Shown here piece after piece: positions 63,277-64,000 of a stretch of DNA of 64,000 nucleotides. The position numbers and the translations under genes were made by a program. This DNA comes from Neodothiora populina (taxonomy: Eukaryota). Location of the stretch: assembly GCF_041146345.1 (NCBI RefSeq), contig NW_027191414.1:620001-684000 (forward strand), read 5' to 3'. The notes below the pieces were generated by a model, which did no database searches, was not told where the DNA came from, and saw only the letters and a list, made by a program, of their open reading frames with translations. The number at the start of each line of letters is the position of its first letter. The stretch's first letter is position 1.

Positions 63277-64000
63277 ATGCATCTACTCTGCGCTTTCCTT
63301 GCCACTGCTTTGACGTCTGTACATGCTCAATCCCTCGACACCCAGGTACCTCTACAGCCATTGACCTTAGCCGAAATACCGCACCTTGGGTTTGGCACCT
63401 GGAATCTCCAGGGGAAGAATGCAACCAAAGCTGTGTGTTTCGCGCTCCAGGCCGGATATAGACATATCGATGCTGCAGCCATATATCGAAACGAGCCCTA
63501 CGTAGGTAAAGGTATCGCGGATGGGCTCTCGAAAGCTGGTCTGAAGCGTAGCGACATCTGGGTGACATCTAAATTGTGGAATGACCAGTAAGAAACAGCG
63601 ACAGGTCGATGTGATTGTTGCATTATTTTCTGATTGCTTCGATCCAGCCACGCTCCAGACAAAGTCGAGGCAGGAATCGACAAGACACTGACAGATCTCG
63701 GCCTCGAATATCTGGATCTGTACCATATGCATTGGCCTGTGGCAGCTAACGAGCACGGTTACGACATCAGCTTTCTCCAGACTTGGGAAGCTATGGTACA
63801 ACTCCTCCAATCTGGCAAGACACGTAACATAGGAATTGCCAACTTCTCGCCAGCGCAACTGGAGCTGTTGCTGAACAGCACGACTCACCCGCCTTCGGCA
63901 CATCAGATGGAATTGCATCCATATCTCCAACAGAAAGCCTGGATTGAGTTCCATGAGGTTCATGGCATTCATGTCACAGCATATAGTCCTCTGGCTGGAT
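63277..64000 (+). CDS. Aldo-keto reductase, 3'-truncated by the window edge; intron 63588-63647
   Basis: IPHLGFGTW, GYRHIDAAAIYRNE, IWVTSKLWND, YLDLYHMHWP, IGIANF, HQMELHPYL and TAYSPL motifs. Confidence 0.92.

Overview
Gene-dense eukaryotic chromosomal DNA from a filamentous ascomycete. Short introns with CTRAC branch sites indicate Pezizomycotina; a Dothideomycete is my inference, not certain. I read 21 protein-coding genes: a HOL1-like MFS transporter, ATP18, SPC19, cytosolic Asp-tRNA synthetase, Nop6-like RRM protein, Rac, L-rhamnose mutarotase, an orphan low-complexity gene, a 675-aa ORF, RPL37, PalI, glutaminase A-like protein, coronin, MRH4, Bud4/anillin, CCT8, Psr1-like phosphatase, a hypothetical protein, Set9, CTP synthase and a partial aldo-keto reductase. 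No tRNA, rRNA, transposon or CRISPR array was recognised. Main findings: (1) the 675-aa ORF (17497-19524) appears to be a full-length, highly diverged homolog of the UFM1 E3 ligase UFL1, in a lineage generally described as lacking UFMylation, and it lacks the E2-binding N-terminal helix; (2) CTP synthase has an obligatory AT-AC intron with U2-type signals, plus a 1-nt frameshift; (3) a ~270-nt highly base-paired element lies between the convergent SET9 and URA7 genes. All family assignments come from recalled sequences and manual splicing, not from database searches.
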